From Escherichia coli (lineage in GTDB: Bacteria > Pseudomonadota > Gammaproteobacteria > Enterobacterales > Enterobacteriaceae): DNA of 64,000 nt. Position 1 is the stretch's first letter. The number at the start of each line of letters is the position of its first letter. Positions 1-14,041 of this stretch are shown here, one piece after another. Location: NCBI RefSeq assembly GCF_001677475.2, contig NZ_CP015229.1; one strand, given 5' to 3'. The notes below the pieces were generated by a model. That model did no database searches. It was not told the DNA's origin and worked only from the letters and a program-made list of their open reading frames with translations. Both the position numbers and the translations under genes were made by a program.

Positions 1-125
1 GAGGCGGTACACAACACTTTGGTATCGCCAAATTCGACCAGCACCGAGCCTTCTGCATGTTTTGTATAGTTACGAGTCAGGGTAACGGGACGCACCTGAT
101 TATTGCTACGGCCTGCTGGACGCAT
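1..125 (-). CDS. rph: RNase PH, 5' end only (runs off window start)
   Basis: Reverse complement of 1-125 reads ATG CGT CCA GCA GGC CGT... = [41 protein letters not shown], the RNase PH N-terminus; divergent from yicC as in K-12. Too short for the ORF track. Confidence 0.85.
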
Positions 126-251
126 ATTGAAATCTCCGGCTTGAAACAAATGTGGCTGCGCATTATACGGACTTCCGGCGGTTATTCCTATCCTGACAAG
201 GCATCGATGGCTATAATCCTTCCACCTCTCCTTTTATAAACAGGAACGTCT

Positions 252-1115
252 ATGATCCGCAGTATGACCGCCTACGCCCGGCGTGAAATCAAGGGTGAAT
301 GGGGGAGCGCAACCTGGGAAATGCGCTCGGTAAACCAGCGTTATCTGGAAACTTACTTTCGTCTGCCGGAGCAGTTCCGTAGCCTTGAACCTGTCGTTCG
401 TGAGCGTATTCGTTCTCGCCTGACGCGCGGTAAAGTGGAATGTACCCTGCGCTATGAGCCAGATGTTAGCGCACAAGGTGAGCTGATCCTCAACGAAAAA
501 CTGGCTAAACAGCTGGTAACTGCCGCGAACTGGGTGAAAATGCAGAGTGACGAAGGGGAAATCAACCCGGTTGATATTCTGCGCTGGCCAGGCGTGATGG
601 CAGCCCAGGAGCAGGATCTCGACGCGATTGCCGCTGAAATTCTCGCGGCGTTGGATGGTACGCTGGACGACTTTATCGTCGCGCGCGAAACCGAAGGTCA
701 GGCGCTGAAAGCATTGATCGAGCAGCGTCTGGAAGGCGTCACCGCCGAAGTGGTCAAAGTCCGCGCCCATATGCCGGAAATCCTGCAATGGCAGCGTGAG
801 CGTCTGGTCGCGAAGCTGGAAGATGCTCAGGTGCAACTGGAAAACAACCGTCTGGAGCAGGAGTTGGTTCTGCTGGCACAACGAATTGACGTTGCCGAAG
901 AACTGGACCGCCTCGAAGCGCATGTCAAAGAGACCTACAACATTCTGAAGAAAAAAGAAGCGGTTGGCCGTCGTCTGGACTTTATGATGCAGGAGTTCAA
1001 CCGCGAGTCGAACACTCTTGCTTCGAAGTCTATCAATGCCGAAGTGACAAACTCCGCCATCGAGCTGAAAGTGTTGATTGAGCAGATGCGCGAGCAGATT
1101 CAGAATATTGAGTAA
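252..1115 (+). CDS. yicC: YicC family stress-induced protein (287 aa)
   Basis: Track ORF 252..1115; translation and length match remembered YicC; position next to rph and dinD. Confidence 0.9.
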   Translation: MIRSMTAYARREIKGEWGSATWEMRSVNQRYLETYFRLPEQFRSLEPVVRERIRSRLTRGKVECTLRYEPDVSAQGELILNEKLAKQLVTAANWVKMQSDEGEINPVDILRWPGVMAAQEQDLDAIAAEILAALDGTLDDFIVARETEGQALKALIEQRLEGVTAEVVKVRAHMPEILQWQRERLVAKLEDAQVQLENNRLEQELVLLAQRIDVAEELDRLEAHVKETYNILKKKEAVGRRLDFMMQEFNRESNTLASKSINAEVTNSAIELKVLIEQMREQIQNIE

Positions 1116-1149
1116 CTCGTAACACTAATTCTTACTTTTCAGCCTTCAC

Positions 1150-1184
1150 AAATGCCGCCCACTCAAACAGAGCGGCATTTTTCT
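1150..1184 (+). terminator. Rho-independent terminator after yicC
   Basis: Inverted repeat AAATGCCGC...GCGGCATTT followed by TTTTCTT, directly after the yicC stop. Confidence 0.6.
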
Positions 1185-1275
1185 TCCCCGCAACTTCAAT
1201 TCTGTTTTGCGTGCCTGCTCCAGATTTTGCGATGTTTTTTTGCCCAGCACACTGAGAACGTGAGATACTCACAGC

Positions 1276-1291
1276 TGTATATAAATACAGT
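1276..1291 (+). promoter_or_regulatory. LexA (SOS) box upstream of dinD
   Basis: CTGTATATAAATACAG fits the CTGT-N8-ACAG LexA consensus, about 45 bp upstream of the dinD start; dinD is a known damage-inducible gene. Confidence 0.8.
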
Positions 1292-1335
1292 TACAGATTT
1301 ACTTTCTTTGCAATCGATATCACATGGAGTGGGCA

Positions 1336-2160
1336 ATGAACGAACATCATCAACCTTTTGAAGAAATACGGCATTATGGCACTGAAGGGCAAGAATTTTG
1401 GTCAGCGAGAGAATTGGCACCGTTACTGGATTATCGGGACTGGCGCAATTTTCAAAAGGTACTTACCCGCGCGACTCAAGCGTGCGAAGCCAGCAATCAA
1501 GCTGCATCTGACCATTTCGTTGAAACCACCAAAATGGTTGTATTAGGTTCAGGGGCTCAACGAGAACTTGAAGATGTTCATCTCTCCCGCTATGCCTGTT
1601 ACCTGGTAGTACAAAACGGCGACCCTGCGAAACCGGTTATTGCGGCAGGGCAAACTTATTTTGCTATCCAGACCCGACGGCAGGAGCTGGCTGACGATGA
1701 AGCTTTCAAGCAACTTCGTGAAGACGAAAAGCGTCTTTTTCTGAGAAATGAGTTGAAAGAACATAACAAACAATTAGTTGAGGCAGCGCAGCAAGCTGGG
1801 GTAGCGACAGCTATCGATTTCGCCATATTTCAGAATCATGGTTACCGGGGACTGTATGGTGGATTAGATCAGAAAGCCATCCATCAGCGGAAGGGGCTGA
1901 AAAAGAGTCAGAAGATCCTGGATCATATGGGTTCAACAGAACTGGCGGCTAATCTCTTTCGAGCTACCCAAACAGAAGAAAAACTCAAGCGGGATGGCGT
2001 GAATTCAAAACAGCAAGCTAACACCACACACTTTGACGTGGGTCGCAAGGTGAGGCAAACCATTCAGGAACTTGGCGGAACCATGCCTGAGGAGTTGCCG
2101 ACCCCGCAGGTCAGCATCAAGCAGTTGGAAAACAGTGTAAAAATTACAGAGAAAAAATAG
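1336..2160 (+). CDS. dinD: DNA-damage-inducible protein D
   Basis: Track ORF 1324..2160; start moved to the internal ATG (MNEHHQPFEE...) to give the remembered 274 aa; LexA box upstream. Confidence 0.85.
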   Translation: MNEHHQPFEEIRHYGTEGQEFWSARELAPLLDYRDWRNFQKVLTRATQACEASNQAASDHFVETTKMVVLGSGAQRELEDVHLSRYACYLVVQNGDPAKPVIAAGQTYFAIQTRRQELADDEAFKQLREDEKRLFLRNELKEHNKQLVEAAQQAGVATAIDFAIFQNHGYRGLYGGLDQKAIHQRKGLKKSQKILDHMGSTELAANLFRATQTEEKLKRDGVNSKQQANTTHFDVGRKVRQTIQELGGTMPEELPTPQVSIKQLENSVKITEKK

Positions 2161-2451
2161 CAGAAACTAAAAACTCTTTTTGTTGATTGAGACACCCGAT
2201 GCGTAAGCCAAAGTCCAGGTGCGGTGAACACAATGGCTAAACATTGCACCTTTCTTTTCCACCCCTCAATTTTAACCTATTTTTTCTTATGCATTTTCTC
2301 AGACAAGTAGTCAGAAGAATGCATCTACGCTACAGAAAATAGCGATTTCACATAACTACAAGTTATCAATTTCCTCTCACCTTAAAAAATCTCAATCGTG
2401 ACAATGCGCACAAATCGCTACCCTGCCAGACAGATTTTTAGGGAGAGAACC

Positions 2452-4840
<2,389 letters not shown>

Positions 4841-4864
4841 GAATCGTCTTTATTGCAGTGAATC

Positions 4865-5629
<765 letters not shown>

Positions 5630-5683
5630 ACCTGATTTCAGTATCATGCCCAGTCATTTCTTCACCTGTGGAGCTTTTTAAGT

Positions 5684-5959
5684 ATGGCACGCGTAACTGT
5701 TCAGGACGCTGTAGAGAAAATTGGTAACCGTTTTGACCTGGTACTGGTCGCCGCGCGTCGCGCTCGTCAGATGCAGGTAGGCGGAAAGGATCCGCTGGTA
5801 CCGGAAGAAAACGATAAAACCACTGTAATCGCGCTGCGCGAAATCGAAGAAGGTCTGATCAACAACCAGATCCTCGACGTTCGCGAACGCCAGGAACAGC
5901 AAGAGCAGGAAGCCGCTGAATTACAAGCCGTTACCGCTATTGCTGAAGGTCGTCGTTAA
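5684..5959 (+). CDS. rpoZ: RNA polymerase omega subunit
   Basis: 91 aa [29 protein letters not shown]...; immediately upstream of spoT. Confidence 0.95.
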
Positions 5960-5977
5960 TCACAAAGCGGGTCGCCC

Positions 5978-8086
5978 TTGTATCTGTTTGAAAGCCTGAA
6001 TCAACTGATTCAAACCTACCTGCCGGAAGACCAAATCAAGCGTCTGCGGCAGGCGTATCTCGTTGCACGTGATGCTCACGAGGGGCAAACACGTTCAAGC
6101 GGTGAACCCTATATCACGCACCCGGTGGCGGTTGCCTGCATTCTGGCCGAGATGAAACTCGACTATGAAACGCTAATGGCGGCACTGCTGCATGACGTGA
6201 TTGAAGATACTCCCGCCACCTACCAGGACATGGAACAGCTTTTTGGTAAAAGCGTCGCCGAGCTGGTAGAGGGGGTGTCGAAACTTGATAAGCTCAAGTT
6301 CCGCGATAAGAAAGAGGCGCAGGCCGAAAACTTTCGCAAGATGATTATGGCGATGGTGCAGGATATCCGCGTCATCCTCATCAAACTTGCCGACCGTACC
6401 CACAACATGCGCACGCTGGGCTCACTTCGCCCGGACAAACGCCGCCGCATCGCCCGTGAAACTCTCGAAATTTACAGCCCGCTGGCGCACCGTTTAGGTA
6501 TCCACCACATTAAAACCGAACTCGAAGAGCTGGGTTTTGAAGCGCTGTATCCCAACCGTTATCGCGTAATCAAAGAAGTGGTGAAAGCCGCGCGCGGCAA
6601 CCGTAAAGAGATGATCCAGAAGATTCTTTCTGAAATCGAAGGGCGTTTGCAGGAAGCGGGAATACCGTGCCGCGTCAGTGGTCGCGAAAAGCATCTTTAT
6701 TCGATTTACTGCAAAATGGTGCTCAAAGAGCAGCGTTTTCACTCAATCATGGACATCTACGCTTTCCGCGTGATCGTCAATGATTCTGACACCTGTTATC
6801 GCGTGCTGGGCCAGATGCACAGCCTGTACAAGCCGCGTCCGGGCCGCGTGAAAGACTATATCGCCATTCCAAAAGCGAACGGCTATCAGTCTTTGCACAC
6901 CTCGATGATTGGCCCGCACGGCGTGCCGGTTGAGGTCCAGATCCGTACCGAAGATATGGATCAGATGGCGGAGATGGGTGTTGCCGCGCACTGGGCTTAT
7001 AAAGAGCACGGCGAAACCAGTACTACCGCACAAATCCGCGCCCAGCGCTGGATGCAAAGCCTGCTGGAGCTGCAACAGAGTGCCGGTAGCTCGTTTGAAT
7101 TTATCGAGAGCGTTAAATCCGATCTCTTCCCGGATGAGATTTACGTTTTCACACCGGAAGGGCGAATTGTCGAACTGCCTGCCGGTGCAACGCCCGTCGA
7201 CTTCGCTTATGCGGTGCATACCGATATCGGTCATGCCTGCGTGGGCGCACGCGTCGACCGCCAGCCTTACCCGCTGTCGCAGCCGCTTACCAGCGGTCAA
7301 ACCGTTGAAATTATTACCGCACCGGGCGCTCGCCCGAATGCCGCTTGGCTGAACTTTGTCGTTAGCTCGAAAGCGCGCGCCAAAATTCGTCAATTGCTGA
7401 AAAACCTCAAGCGTGATGATTCTGTAAGCCTGGGCCGTCGTCTGCTCAACCATGCGTTGGGTGGCAGCCGCAAGCTCAATGAAATCCCGCAGGAAAATAT
7501 TCAGCGCGAGCTGGACCGCATGAAGCTGGCAACGCTTGACGATCTGCTGGCTGAAATCGGCCTTGGTAACGCAATGAGCGTGGTGGTCGCGAAAAATCTG
7601 CAACATGGGGACGCCTCCATTCCACCGGCAACCCAAAGTCACGGACATCTGCCCATTAAAGGTGCCGATGGCGTGCTGATCACCTTTGCGAAATGCTGTC
7701 GCCCTATTCCTGGCGACCCGATTATCGCCCACGTCAGCCCCGGTAAAGGTCTGGTGATCCACCATGAATCCTGCCGTAACATCCGTGGCTACCAGAAAGA
7801 GCCAGAGAAGTTTATGGCTGTGGAATGGGATAAAGAGACGGCGCAGGAGTTCATCACCGAAATCAAGGTGGAGATGTTCAATCATCAGGGCGCGCTGGCA
7901 AACCTAACAGCGGCAATTAACACCACCACCTCGAATATTCAAAGTTTGAATACGGAAGAGAAAGATGGTCGCGTCTACAGCGCCTTTATTCGTCTGACCG
8001 CCCGTGACCGTGTGCATCTGGCGAATATCATGCGCAAAATCCGCGTGATGCCAGACGTGATTAAAGTCACCCGAAACCGAAATTAA
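5978..8086 (+). CDS. spoT: Bifunctional (p)ppGpp synthetase/hydrolase SpoT
   Basis: 702 aa, TTG start (LYLFESLNQ...); HD hydrolase and RelA/SpoT synthetase domains; rpoZ-spoT-trmH-recG order. Confidence 0.95.
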   Translation: MYLFESLNQLIQTYLPEDQIKRLRQAYLVARDAHEGQTRSSGEPYITHPVAVACILAEMKLDYETLMAALLHDVIEDTPATYQDMEQLFGKSVAELVEGVSKLDKLKFRDKKEAQAENFRKMIMAMVQDIRVILIKLADRTHNMRTLGSLRPDKRRRIARETLEIYSPLAHRLGIHHIKTELEELGFEALYPNRYRVIKEVVKAARGNRKEMIQKILSEIEGRLQEAGIPCRVSGREKHLYSIYCKMVLKEQRFHSIMDIYAFRVIVNDSDTCYRVLGQMHSLYKPRPGRVKDYIAIPKANGYQSLHTSMIGPHGVPVEVQIRTEDMDQMAEMGVAAHWAYKEHGETSTTAQIRAQRWMQSLLELQQSAGSSFEFIESVKSDLFPDEIYVFTPEGRIVELPAGATPVDFAYAVHTDIGHACVGARVDRQPYPLSQPLTSGQTVEIITAPGARPNAAWLNFVVSSKARAKIRQLLKNLKRDDSVSLGRRLLNHALGGSRKLNEIPQENIQRELDRMKLATLDDLLAEIGLGNAMSVVVAKNLQHGDASIPPATQSHGHLPIKGADGVLITFAKCCRPIPGDPIIAHVSPGKGLVIHHESCRNIRGYQKEPEKFMAVEWDKETAQEFITEIKVEMFNHQGALANLTAAINTTTSNIQSLNTEEKDGRVYSAFIRLTARDRVHLANIMRKIRVMPDVIKVTRNRN

Positions 8087-8092
8087 TGTTTT

Positions 8093-8782
8093 ATGAACCC
8101 AACACGTTATGCACGTATCTGCGAAATGCTCGCCAGGCGGCAGCCTGATCTGACCGTCTGCATGGAGCAGGTCCACAAACCTCATAACGTTTCTGCGATT
8201 ATTCGTACCGCAGATGCCGTTGGCGTACATGAAGTTCATGCCGTCTGGCCTGGCAGCCGGATGCGCACCATGGCTTCGGCAGCTGCGGGTAGTAACAGCT
8301 GGGTACAGGTGAAAACGCACCGCACCATTGGCGATGCCGTCGCTCATCTGAAAGGCCAGGGCATGCAGATTCTGGCAACCCATCTTTCTGATAACGCTGT
8401 CGATTTCCGCGAAATTGATTACACTCGCCCGACCTGTATTTTGATGGGACAGGAGAAAACAGGCATCACGCAGGAAGCGTTGGCCCTGGCGGATCGGGAC
8501 ATCATCATTCCGATGATTGGCATGGTGCAATCGCTGAATGTTTCCGTTGCCTCAGCCCTCATTCTTTACGAAGCCCAGCGCCAGCGGCAAAATGCGGGCA
8601 TGTACCTGCGTGAAAACAGCATGTTGCCGGAAGCAGAGCAACAACGCCTGTTGTTTGAAGGCGGCTATCCGGTGCTGGCGAAAGTCGCAAAACGCAAAGG
8701 CCTGCCTTATCCCCACGTAAATCAGCAAGGCGAGATCGAAGCTGATGCCGACTGGTGGGCTACTATGCAGGCTGCAGGGTAA
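8093..8782 (+). CDS. trmH: tRNA (Gm18) 2'-O-methyltransferase
   Basis: 229 aa SpoU-family methyltransferase; conserved position between spoT and recG. Confidence 0.9.
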   Translation: MNPTRYARICEMLARRQPDLTVCMEQVHKPHNVSAIIRTADAVGVHEVHAVWPGSRMRTMASAAAGSNSWVQVKTHRTIGDAVAHLKGQGMQILATHLSDNAVDFREIDYTRPTCILMGQEKTGITQEALALADRDIIIPMIGMVQSLNVSVASALILYEAQRQRQNAGMYLRENSMLPEAEQQRLLFEGGYPVLAKVAKRKGLPYPHVNQQGEIEADADWWATMQAAG

Positions 8783-8787
8783 GTGCC

Positions 8788-10869
8788 ATGAAAGGTCGCC
8801 TGTTAGATGCTGTCCCACTCAGTTCCCTAACGGGCGTTGGCGCAGCACTTAGTAACAAACTGGCGAAAATCAACCTGCATACCGTGCAGGATCTACTGTT
8901 ACACCTTCCCCTGCGCTACGAAGATCGCACCCATCTCTACCCCATCGGAGAACTACTGCCGGGCGTTTATGCCACGGTGGAAGGCGAAGTGCTGAACTGC
9001 AATATCTCCTTCGGCGGTCGGCGGATGATGACCTGCCAGATCAGCGACGGTTCCGGCATTCTCACCATGCGCTTTTTCAACTTCAACGCGGCAATGAAAA
9101 ATAGCCTGGCGACGGGCCGCCGTGTACTGGCCTATGGTGAAGCAAAGCGCGGTAAATATGGTGCGGAGATGATCCACCCGGAATACCGCGTGCAAGGCGA
9201 TCTCAGCACGCCAGAGTTACAGGAAACGCTCACGCCGGTTTACCCAACTACGGAAGGCGTAAAGCAGGCCACGCTGCGTAAATTAACCGACCAGGCGCTG
9301 GATCTGCTCGACACCTGCGCCATTGAAGAACTCCTGCCGCCGGAACTGTCACAAGGAATGATGACGCTGCCGGAAGCGTTGCGCACTTTGCACCGCCCGC
9401 CGCCGACGCTACAGCTTAGCGATCTGGAAACCGGCCAGCATCCGGCACAACGCCGTCTGATTCTGGAAGAACTGCTGGCGCACAACCTCAGCATGTTAGC
9501 CTTACGTGCCGGAGCACAGCGTTTTCATGCCCAGCCACTGAGCGCCAATGACGCGCTGAAAAATAAACTCCTCGCAGCCTTACCGTTCAAGCCAACGGGC
9601 GCACAGGCACGCGTAGTGGCGGAGATCGAGCGCGATATGGCGCTGGATGTGCCGATGATGCGCCTGGTACAGGGCGATGTAGGTTCCGGTAAAACGCTGG
9701 TCGCCGCCCTCGCCGCGCTGCGTGCGATTGCCCACGGCAAACAGGTGGCATTAATGGCACCAACCGAATTACTCGCCGAGCAGCACGCCAATAACTTCCG
9801 CAACTGGTTTGAACCGCTCGGTATCGAAGTGGGCTGGCTCGCCGGTAAGCAGAAAGGTAAAGCGCGACTGTCTCAGCAGGAAGCCATTGCCAGCGGTCAG
9901 GTGCAGATGATTGTTGGTACGCACGCCATCTTCCAGGAACAGGTGCAGTTTAACGGCCTGGCGCTGGTGATTATCGACGAACAGCATCGCTTTGGCGTGC
10001 ATCAGCGTCTGGCATTGTGGGAGAAAGGCCAGCAGCAAGGCTTCCATCCGCATCAGCTGATCATGACCGCGACACCCATCCCACGCACGTTGGCAATGAC
10101 CGCCTATGCCGACCTTGATACCTCGGTGATAGATGAACTGCCGCCAGGCCGCACGCCAGTGACTACGGTCGCTATTCCTGATACCCGCCGTACCGACATT
10201 ATTGACCGCGTGCGCCATGCCTGCATCACCGAAAAGCGTCAGGCGTACTGGGTGTGCACACTCATTGAAGAGTCAGAGTTACTGGAAGCGCAGGCAGCTG
10301 AAGCTACCTGGGAAGAGTTGAAACTGGCGCTACCAGAGTTGAATGTTGGCCTGGTACACGGACGGATGAAACCAGCCGAGAAACAGGCGGTGATGGCGTC
10401 GTTTAAACAAGGTGAACTACACCTGCTGGTTGCCACTACCGTTATTGAAGTCGGCGTTGATGTGCCTAACGCCAGTCTGATGATTATCGAAAACCCGGAG
10501 CGTCTGGGTCTGGCGCAGTTACACCAGCTGCGCGGGCGTGTAGGTCGTGGCGCGGTGGCTTCTCACTGCGTGCTGCTCTACAAAACACCGCTCTCTAAAA
10601 CGGCGCAAATTCGCCTGCAAGTGCTGCGCGACAGCAACGACGGGTTTGTGATTGCACAAAAAGATCTGGAGATTCGCGGCCCTGGCGAATTGTTAGGCAC
10701 TCGTCAGACGGGTAATGCTGAATTTAAAGTGGCGGATTTACTGCGCGATCAGGCGATGATCCCGGAAGTTCAGCGCCTGGCGCGACATATTCACGAACGT
10801 TACCCACAACAAGCAAAAGCCCTGATAGAACGCTGGATGCCAGAAACAGAACGTTACTCCAACGCGTAA
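8788..10869 (+). CDS. recG: ATP-dependent DNA helicase RecG
   Basis: Track ORF 8755..10869; start set at MKGRLLDAVPL (693 aa); Walker A GDVGSGKT and DEQH box present. Confidence 0.95.
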   Translation: MKGRLLDAVPLSSLTGVGAALSNKLAKINLHTVQDLLLHLPLRYEDRTHLYPIGELLPGVYATVEGEVLNCNISFGGRRMMTCQISDGSGILTMRFFNFNAAMKNSLATGRRVLAYGEAKRGKYGAEMIHPEYRVQGDLSTPELQETLTPVYPTTEGVKQATLRKLTDQALDLLDTCAIEELLPPELSQGMMTLPEALRTLHRPPPTLQLSDLETGQHPAQRRLILEELLAHNLSMLALRAGAQRFHAQPLSANDALKNKLLAALPFKPTGAQARVVAEIERDMALDVPMMRLVQGDVGSGKTLVAALAALRAIAHGKQVALMAPTELLAEQHANNFRNWFEPLGIEVGWLAGKQKGKARLSQQEAIASGQVQMIVGTHAIFQEQVQFNGLALVIIDEQHRFGVHQRLALWEKGQQQGFHPHQLIMTATPIPRTLAMTAYADLDTSVIDELPPGRTPVTTVAIPDTRRTDIIDRVRHACITEKRQAYWVCTLIEESELLEAQAAEATWEELKLALPELNVGLVHGRMKPAEKQAVMASFKQGELHLLVATTVIEVGVDVPNASLMIIENPERLGLAQLHQLRGRVGRGAVASHCVLLYKTPLSKTAQIRLQVLRDSNDGFVIAQKDLEIRGPGELLGTRQTGNAEFKVADLLRDQAMIPEVQRLARHIHERYPQQAKALIERWMPETERYSNA

Positions 10870-10972
10870 AAGACGGCGGTGAGAAGACCGCCGCTTCAGG
10901 TTGTTCTACCTTCCTGCCGGATGTGCTTCGTCCTACAAAAACTTATAAATTCAATAAATTGTGAATCAATAC

Positions 10973-11001
10973 GTAGGCTTGATAAGCGAAGCGTATCAGG
11001 C
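10973..11001. repeat. REP (repetitive extragenic palindromic) element
   Basis: GTAGGCTTGATAAGCGAAGCGTATCAGGC matches the E. coli REP consensus family; lies between the convergent recG and gltS; a GC hairpin follows at about 11012-11035. Confidence 0.6.
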
Positions 11002-11044
11002 ATTTGTCTTTGTTGCGGCGGCACTTCTACCGCCGCTTCATCGG

Positions 11045-12250
11045 TTAACCCGCAAAAATCGGCAACATCAAATACAACTTAATTACCAGCGCGTTAACGA
11101 TATCGATAAAGAACGCACCGACCATCGGCACTACCAGGAAGGCCATGTGCGACGGGCCAAAACGTTCAGTGATCGCCTGCATGTTGGCGATTGCCGTTGG
11201 CGTTGCACCGAGGCCAAAACCACAGTGACCCGCAGCAAGCACTGCCGCATCGTAGTTTTTGCCCATCATGCGCCAGGTAACGAAGATGGCATACAACGCC
11301 ATGAAGATGGTCTGTACCACCAGAATCGCCAGCATCGGCAGCGCCAGCGAAGCCAGCTCCCACAGTTTCAGCCCCATCAGCGCCATCGCCAGGAACAACG
11401 ACAGGCTTACGTTACCCAGCACGGATACCGCACGCTCAAAGACGCGGTAAAAGCCCATCATTGACAGACCGTTGCTCAGAATCACGCCAACAAACAGTAC
11501 ACAGACGAAGGTCGGCAGTTCAAAAGCAGTGCCAGCCAAAAGTTGCGCAACAATTTTCCCCACCGTCAGGCAGATAGCAATCAGCGCGATAGTTTCAATC
11601 AGCACCAACGAGGTGATCATGCGGCCCACATCCGGCTTTTCGAACGCCGTCGGGACTTCCTGGTCATCCGGAATACCGTTCGGCGTGGTGGAGTGTTTCA
11701 CCAGATAGCGCGCCACCGGACCGCCAATCAAGCCGCCCAGCACCAAACCGAACGTTGCACAGGCCATCGCCACTTCCGTCGCATTGGTGAAGCCATAACG
11801 TTCAATGAACAATTTACTCCATGCAGCTCCCGTACCGTGACCGCCGGAAAGCGTAATAGAACCGGCCAGCAACCCCATCAGCGGATCAAGCCCTAACAGG
11901 CTAGCCATACCAATGCCAATGGCATTTTGCATCACCAACAGACCAACAACCACAATCAGGAAGATGCCAACCACACGCCCACCGGCACGCAAACTGGCAA
12001 TGTTGGCGTTCAGGCCAATGGTGGCGAAGAAAGCCAGCATTAACGGATCGCGTAGGGACATATCAAAGTTGACTTCCCAGCCCATGCTTTTTTTCAGTAC
12101 CAGTAGCGCCAGCGCCACCAACAAACCACCCGCAACAGGTTCCGGTATGGTGTATTTCTTCAAAAAGGAGACGGAATGGACCAACTTACGCCCGAGCAGC
12201 AACGTCAGCGTTGCGGCAACAAGCGTTGCTAAAGTATCGAGATGAAACAT
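11045..12250 (-). CDS. gltS: Sodium/glutamate symporter
   Basis: 401 aa polytopic membrane protein matching remembered GltS; conserved position. Confidence 0.9.
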   Translation of the reverse strand: MFHLDTLATLVAATLTLLLGRKLVHSVSFLKKYTIPEPVAGGLLVALALLVLKKSMGWEVNFDMSLRDPLMLAFFATIGLNANIASLRAGGRVVGIFLIVVVGLLVMQNAIGIGMASLLGLDPLMGLLAGSITLSGGHGTGAAWSKLFIERYGFTNATEVAMACATFGLVLGGLIGGPVARYLVKHSTTPNGIPDDQEVPTAFEKPDVGRMITSLVLIETIALIAICLTVGKIVAQLLAGTAFELPTFVCVLFVGVILSNGLSMMGFYRVFERAVSVLGNVSLSLFLAMALMGLKLWELASLALPMLAILVVQTIFMALYAIFVTWRMMGKNYDAAVLAAGHCGFGLGATPTAIANMQAITERFGPSHMAFLVVPMVGAFFIDIVNALVIKLYLMLPIFAG

Positions 12251-12529
12251 AGTTACTCCTTTGTATCCGCATCACTCTTTCATACTCGTCATACTTCATC
12301 GCGCAGTGGCAACTTCATGAACTATGACGGGTATCGAGTTATGCTTTCCTGGGTCAAATTCTCAGCTGTTAATGAACAAATGGCATGGATTTTAAGCAGA
12401 AAAATACCAAAAGTTATATAAAAAAGTGCATTTATCTCATTTAAATATTTAGATGAGGATGTGGCAAACGTTTGCTTTTCTCTTTCGGTCAGCTAAAATG
12501 CCCGCTTTGCTACCACGGGATTGTTTTCG

Positions 12530-13921
12530 ATGTCTGTTTCCACCCTCGAGTCAGAAAATGCGCAACCGGTTGCGCAGACTCAAAACAGCGAACTGATTTA
12601 CCGTCTTGAAGATAGTCCGCCGCTTCCTCAAACCTTGTTTGCCGCCTGTCAGCATCTGCTGGCGATGTTCGTTGCGGTGATCACGCCAGCGCTATTAATC
12701 TGCCAGGCGCTGGGTTTACCGGCACAAGACACGCAACACATTATTAGTATGTCGCTGTTTGCCTCCGGTGTGGCATCGATTATTCAAATTAAGGCCTGGG
12801 GTCCGGTTGGCTCCGGGCTGTTGTCTATTCAGGGCACAAGCTTCAACTTTGTTGCCCCGTTGATTATGGGCGGCACAGCGCTGAAAACCGGAGGTGCTGA
12901 TGTTCCTACCATGATGGCGGCTTTGTTCGGCACGTTGATGCTGGCAAGTTGTACCGAGATGGTGATCTCCCGCGTTCTGCATCTGGCGCGCCGCATTATT
13001 ACACCGCTGGTTTCTGGCGTTGTGGTGATGATTATCGGCCTGTCGCTAATTCAGGTGGGGCTGACCTCCATTGGCGGCGGTTACGCAGCCATGAGCGATA
13101 ACACCTTCGGCGCACCGAAAAATCTGCTGCTGGCAGGCGTGGTCTTAGCCTTAATTATCCTGCTTAACCGTCAACGTAACCCTTACTTACGCGTGGCCTC
13201 ACTGGTGATTGCGATGGCGGCCGGATATGCGCTGGCGTGGTTTATGGGCATGTTGCCAGAAAGCAACGAACCGATGACGCAAGAACTGATTATGGTGCCA
13301 ACGCCACTCTATTACGGTCTTGGCATTGAATGGAGTCTGCTGCTGCCGCTGATGCTGGTCTTTATGATCACTTCGCTGGAAACCATTGGCGATATCACGG
13401 CGACCTCTGACGTTTCCGAACAGCCAGTGTCCGGTCCGCTGTACATGAAACGCCTGAAAGGCGGCGTGCTGGCAAACGGTCTGAACTCGTTTGTTTCGGC
13501 GGTGTTTAACACCTTCCCGAACTCCTGCTTCGGGCAGAACAACGGAGTGATCCAGTTGACCGGTGTTGCCAGCCGCTATGTCGGTTTTGTCGTCGCGCTG
13601 ATGTTGATCGTGCTGGGTCTGTTCCCGGCAGTGAGCGGTTTTGTACAACACATTCCAGAACCGGTTCTGGGCGGCGCAACGCTTGTAATGTTTGGCACTA
13701 TCGCCGCTTCCGGTGTGCGCATTGTGTCTCGTGAGCCGCTGAACCGTCGGGCGATTCTGATTATCGCGCTGTCGCTGGCGGTCGGTCTGGGCGTCTCTCA
13801 GCAGCCGCTGATTTTGCAGTTTGCCCCTGAGTGGCTGAAAAACCTGCTCTCCTCCGGGATTGCCGCGGGCGGTATTACTGCCATCGTGCTGAATCTGATT
13901 TTCCCACCAGAAAAACAGTAA
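12530..13921 (+). CDS. xanP: Xanthine permease (NCS2 family)
   Basis: Track ORF 12521..13921; start at [10 protein letters not shown] (463 aa); NCS2 nucleobase transporter features. Confidence 0.85.
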   Translation: MSVSTLESENAQPVAQTQNSELIYRLEDSPPLPQTLFAACQHLLAMFVAVITPALLICQALGLPAQDTQHIISMSLFASGVASIIQIKAWGPVGSGLLSIQGTSFNFVAPLIMGGTALKTGGADVPTMMAALFGTLMLASCTEMVISRVLHLARRIITPLVSGVVVMIIGLSLIQVGLTSIGGGYAAMSDNTFGAPKNLLLAGVVLALIILLNRQRNPYLRVASLVIAMAAGYALAWFMGMLPESNEPMTQELIMVPTPLYYGLGIEWSLLLPLMLVFMITSLETIGDITATSDVSEQPVSGPLYMKRLKGGVLANGLNSFVSAVFNTFPNSCFGQNNGVIQLTGVASRYVGFVVALMLIVLGLFPAVSGFVQHIPEPVLGGATLVMFGTIAASGVRIVSREPLNRRAILIIALSLAVGLGVSQQPLILQFAPEWLKNLLSSGIAAGGITAIVLNLIFPPEKQ

Positions 13922-14041
13922 TTCACTGGCGGCGGTAAGATAATTACCGCCGCAGTCTCACCTCTTTCACCATTCCCGCCTTGAGGATTGCGCGTAAATC
14001 GTGCATAACTCCCTTATGTGCATTTCACGGGATGGAAGACC

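Noticed and set aside
234-923. 229-aa minus-strand ORF overlapping yicC
   Set aside because: Antisense shadow of the well-supported yicC gene; no RBS and no recognisable product.
6743-7885. 380-aa minus-strand ORF inside spoT
   Set aside because: Antisense to spoT, whose translation matches SpoT along its full length; typical long shadow ORF.
9769-10218. Minus-strand ORFs (80-149 aa) inside recG
   Set aside because: Antisense to recG; Arg/Ala-rich translations typical of reverse frames of GC-rich coding DNA.
11543-12245. Plus-strand ORFs (110-117 aa) inside gltS
   Set aside because: Antisense to the gltS membrane-protein gene; shadow ORFs.
13929-13955. Inverted repeat GGCGGCGGTAA...TTACCGCCGC after xanP as a possible terminator
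   Set aside because: A hairpin can form but there is no following T-run, so it may be a REP-like or structural element rather than an intrinsic terminator; left unannotated.
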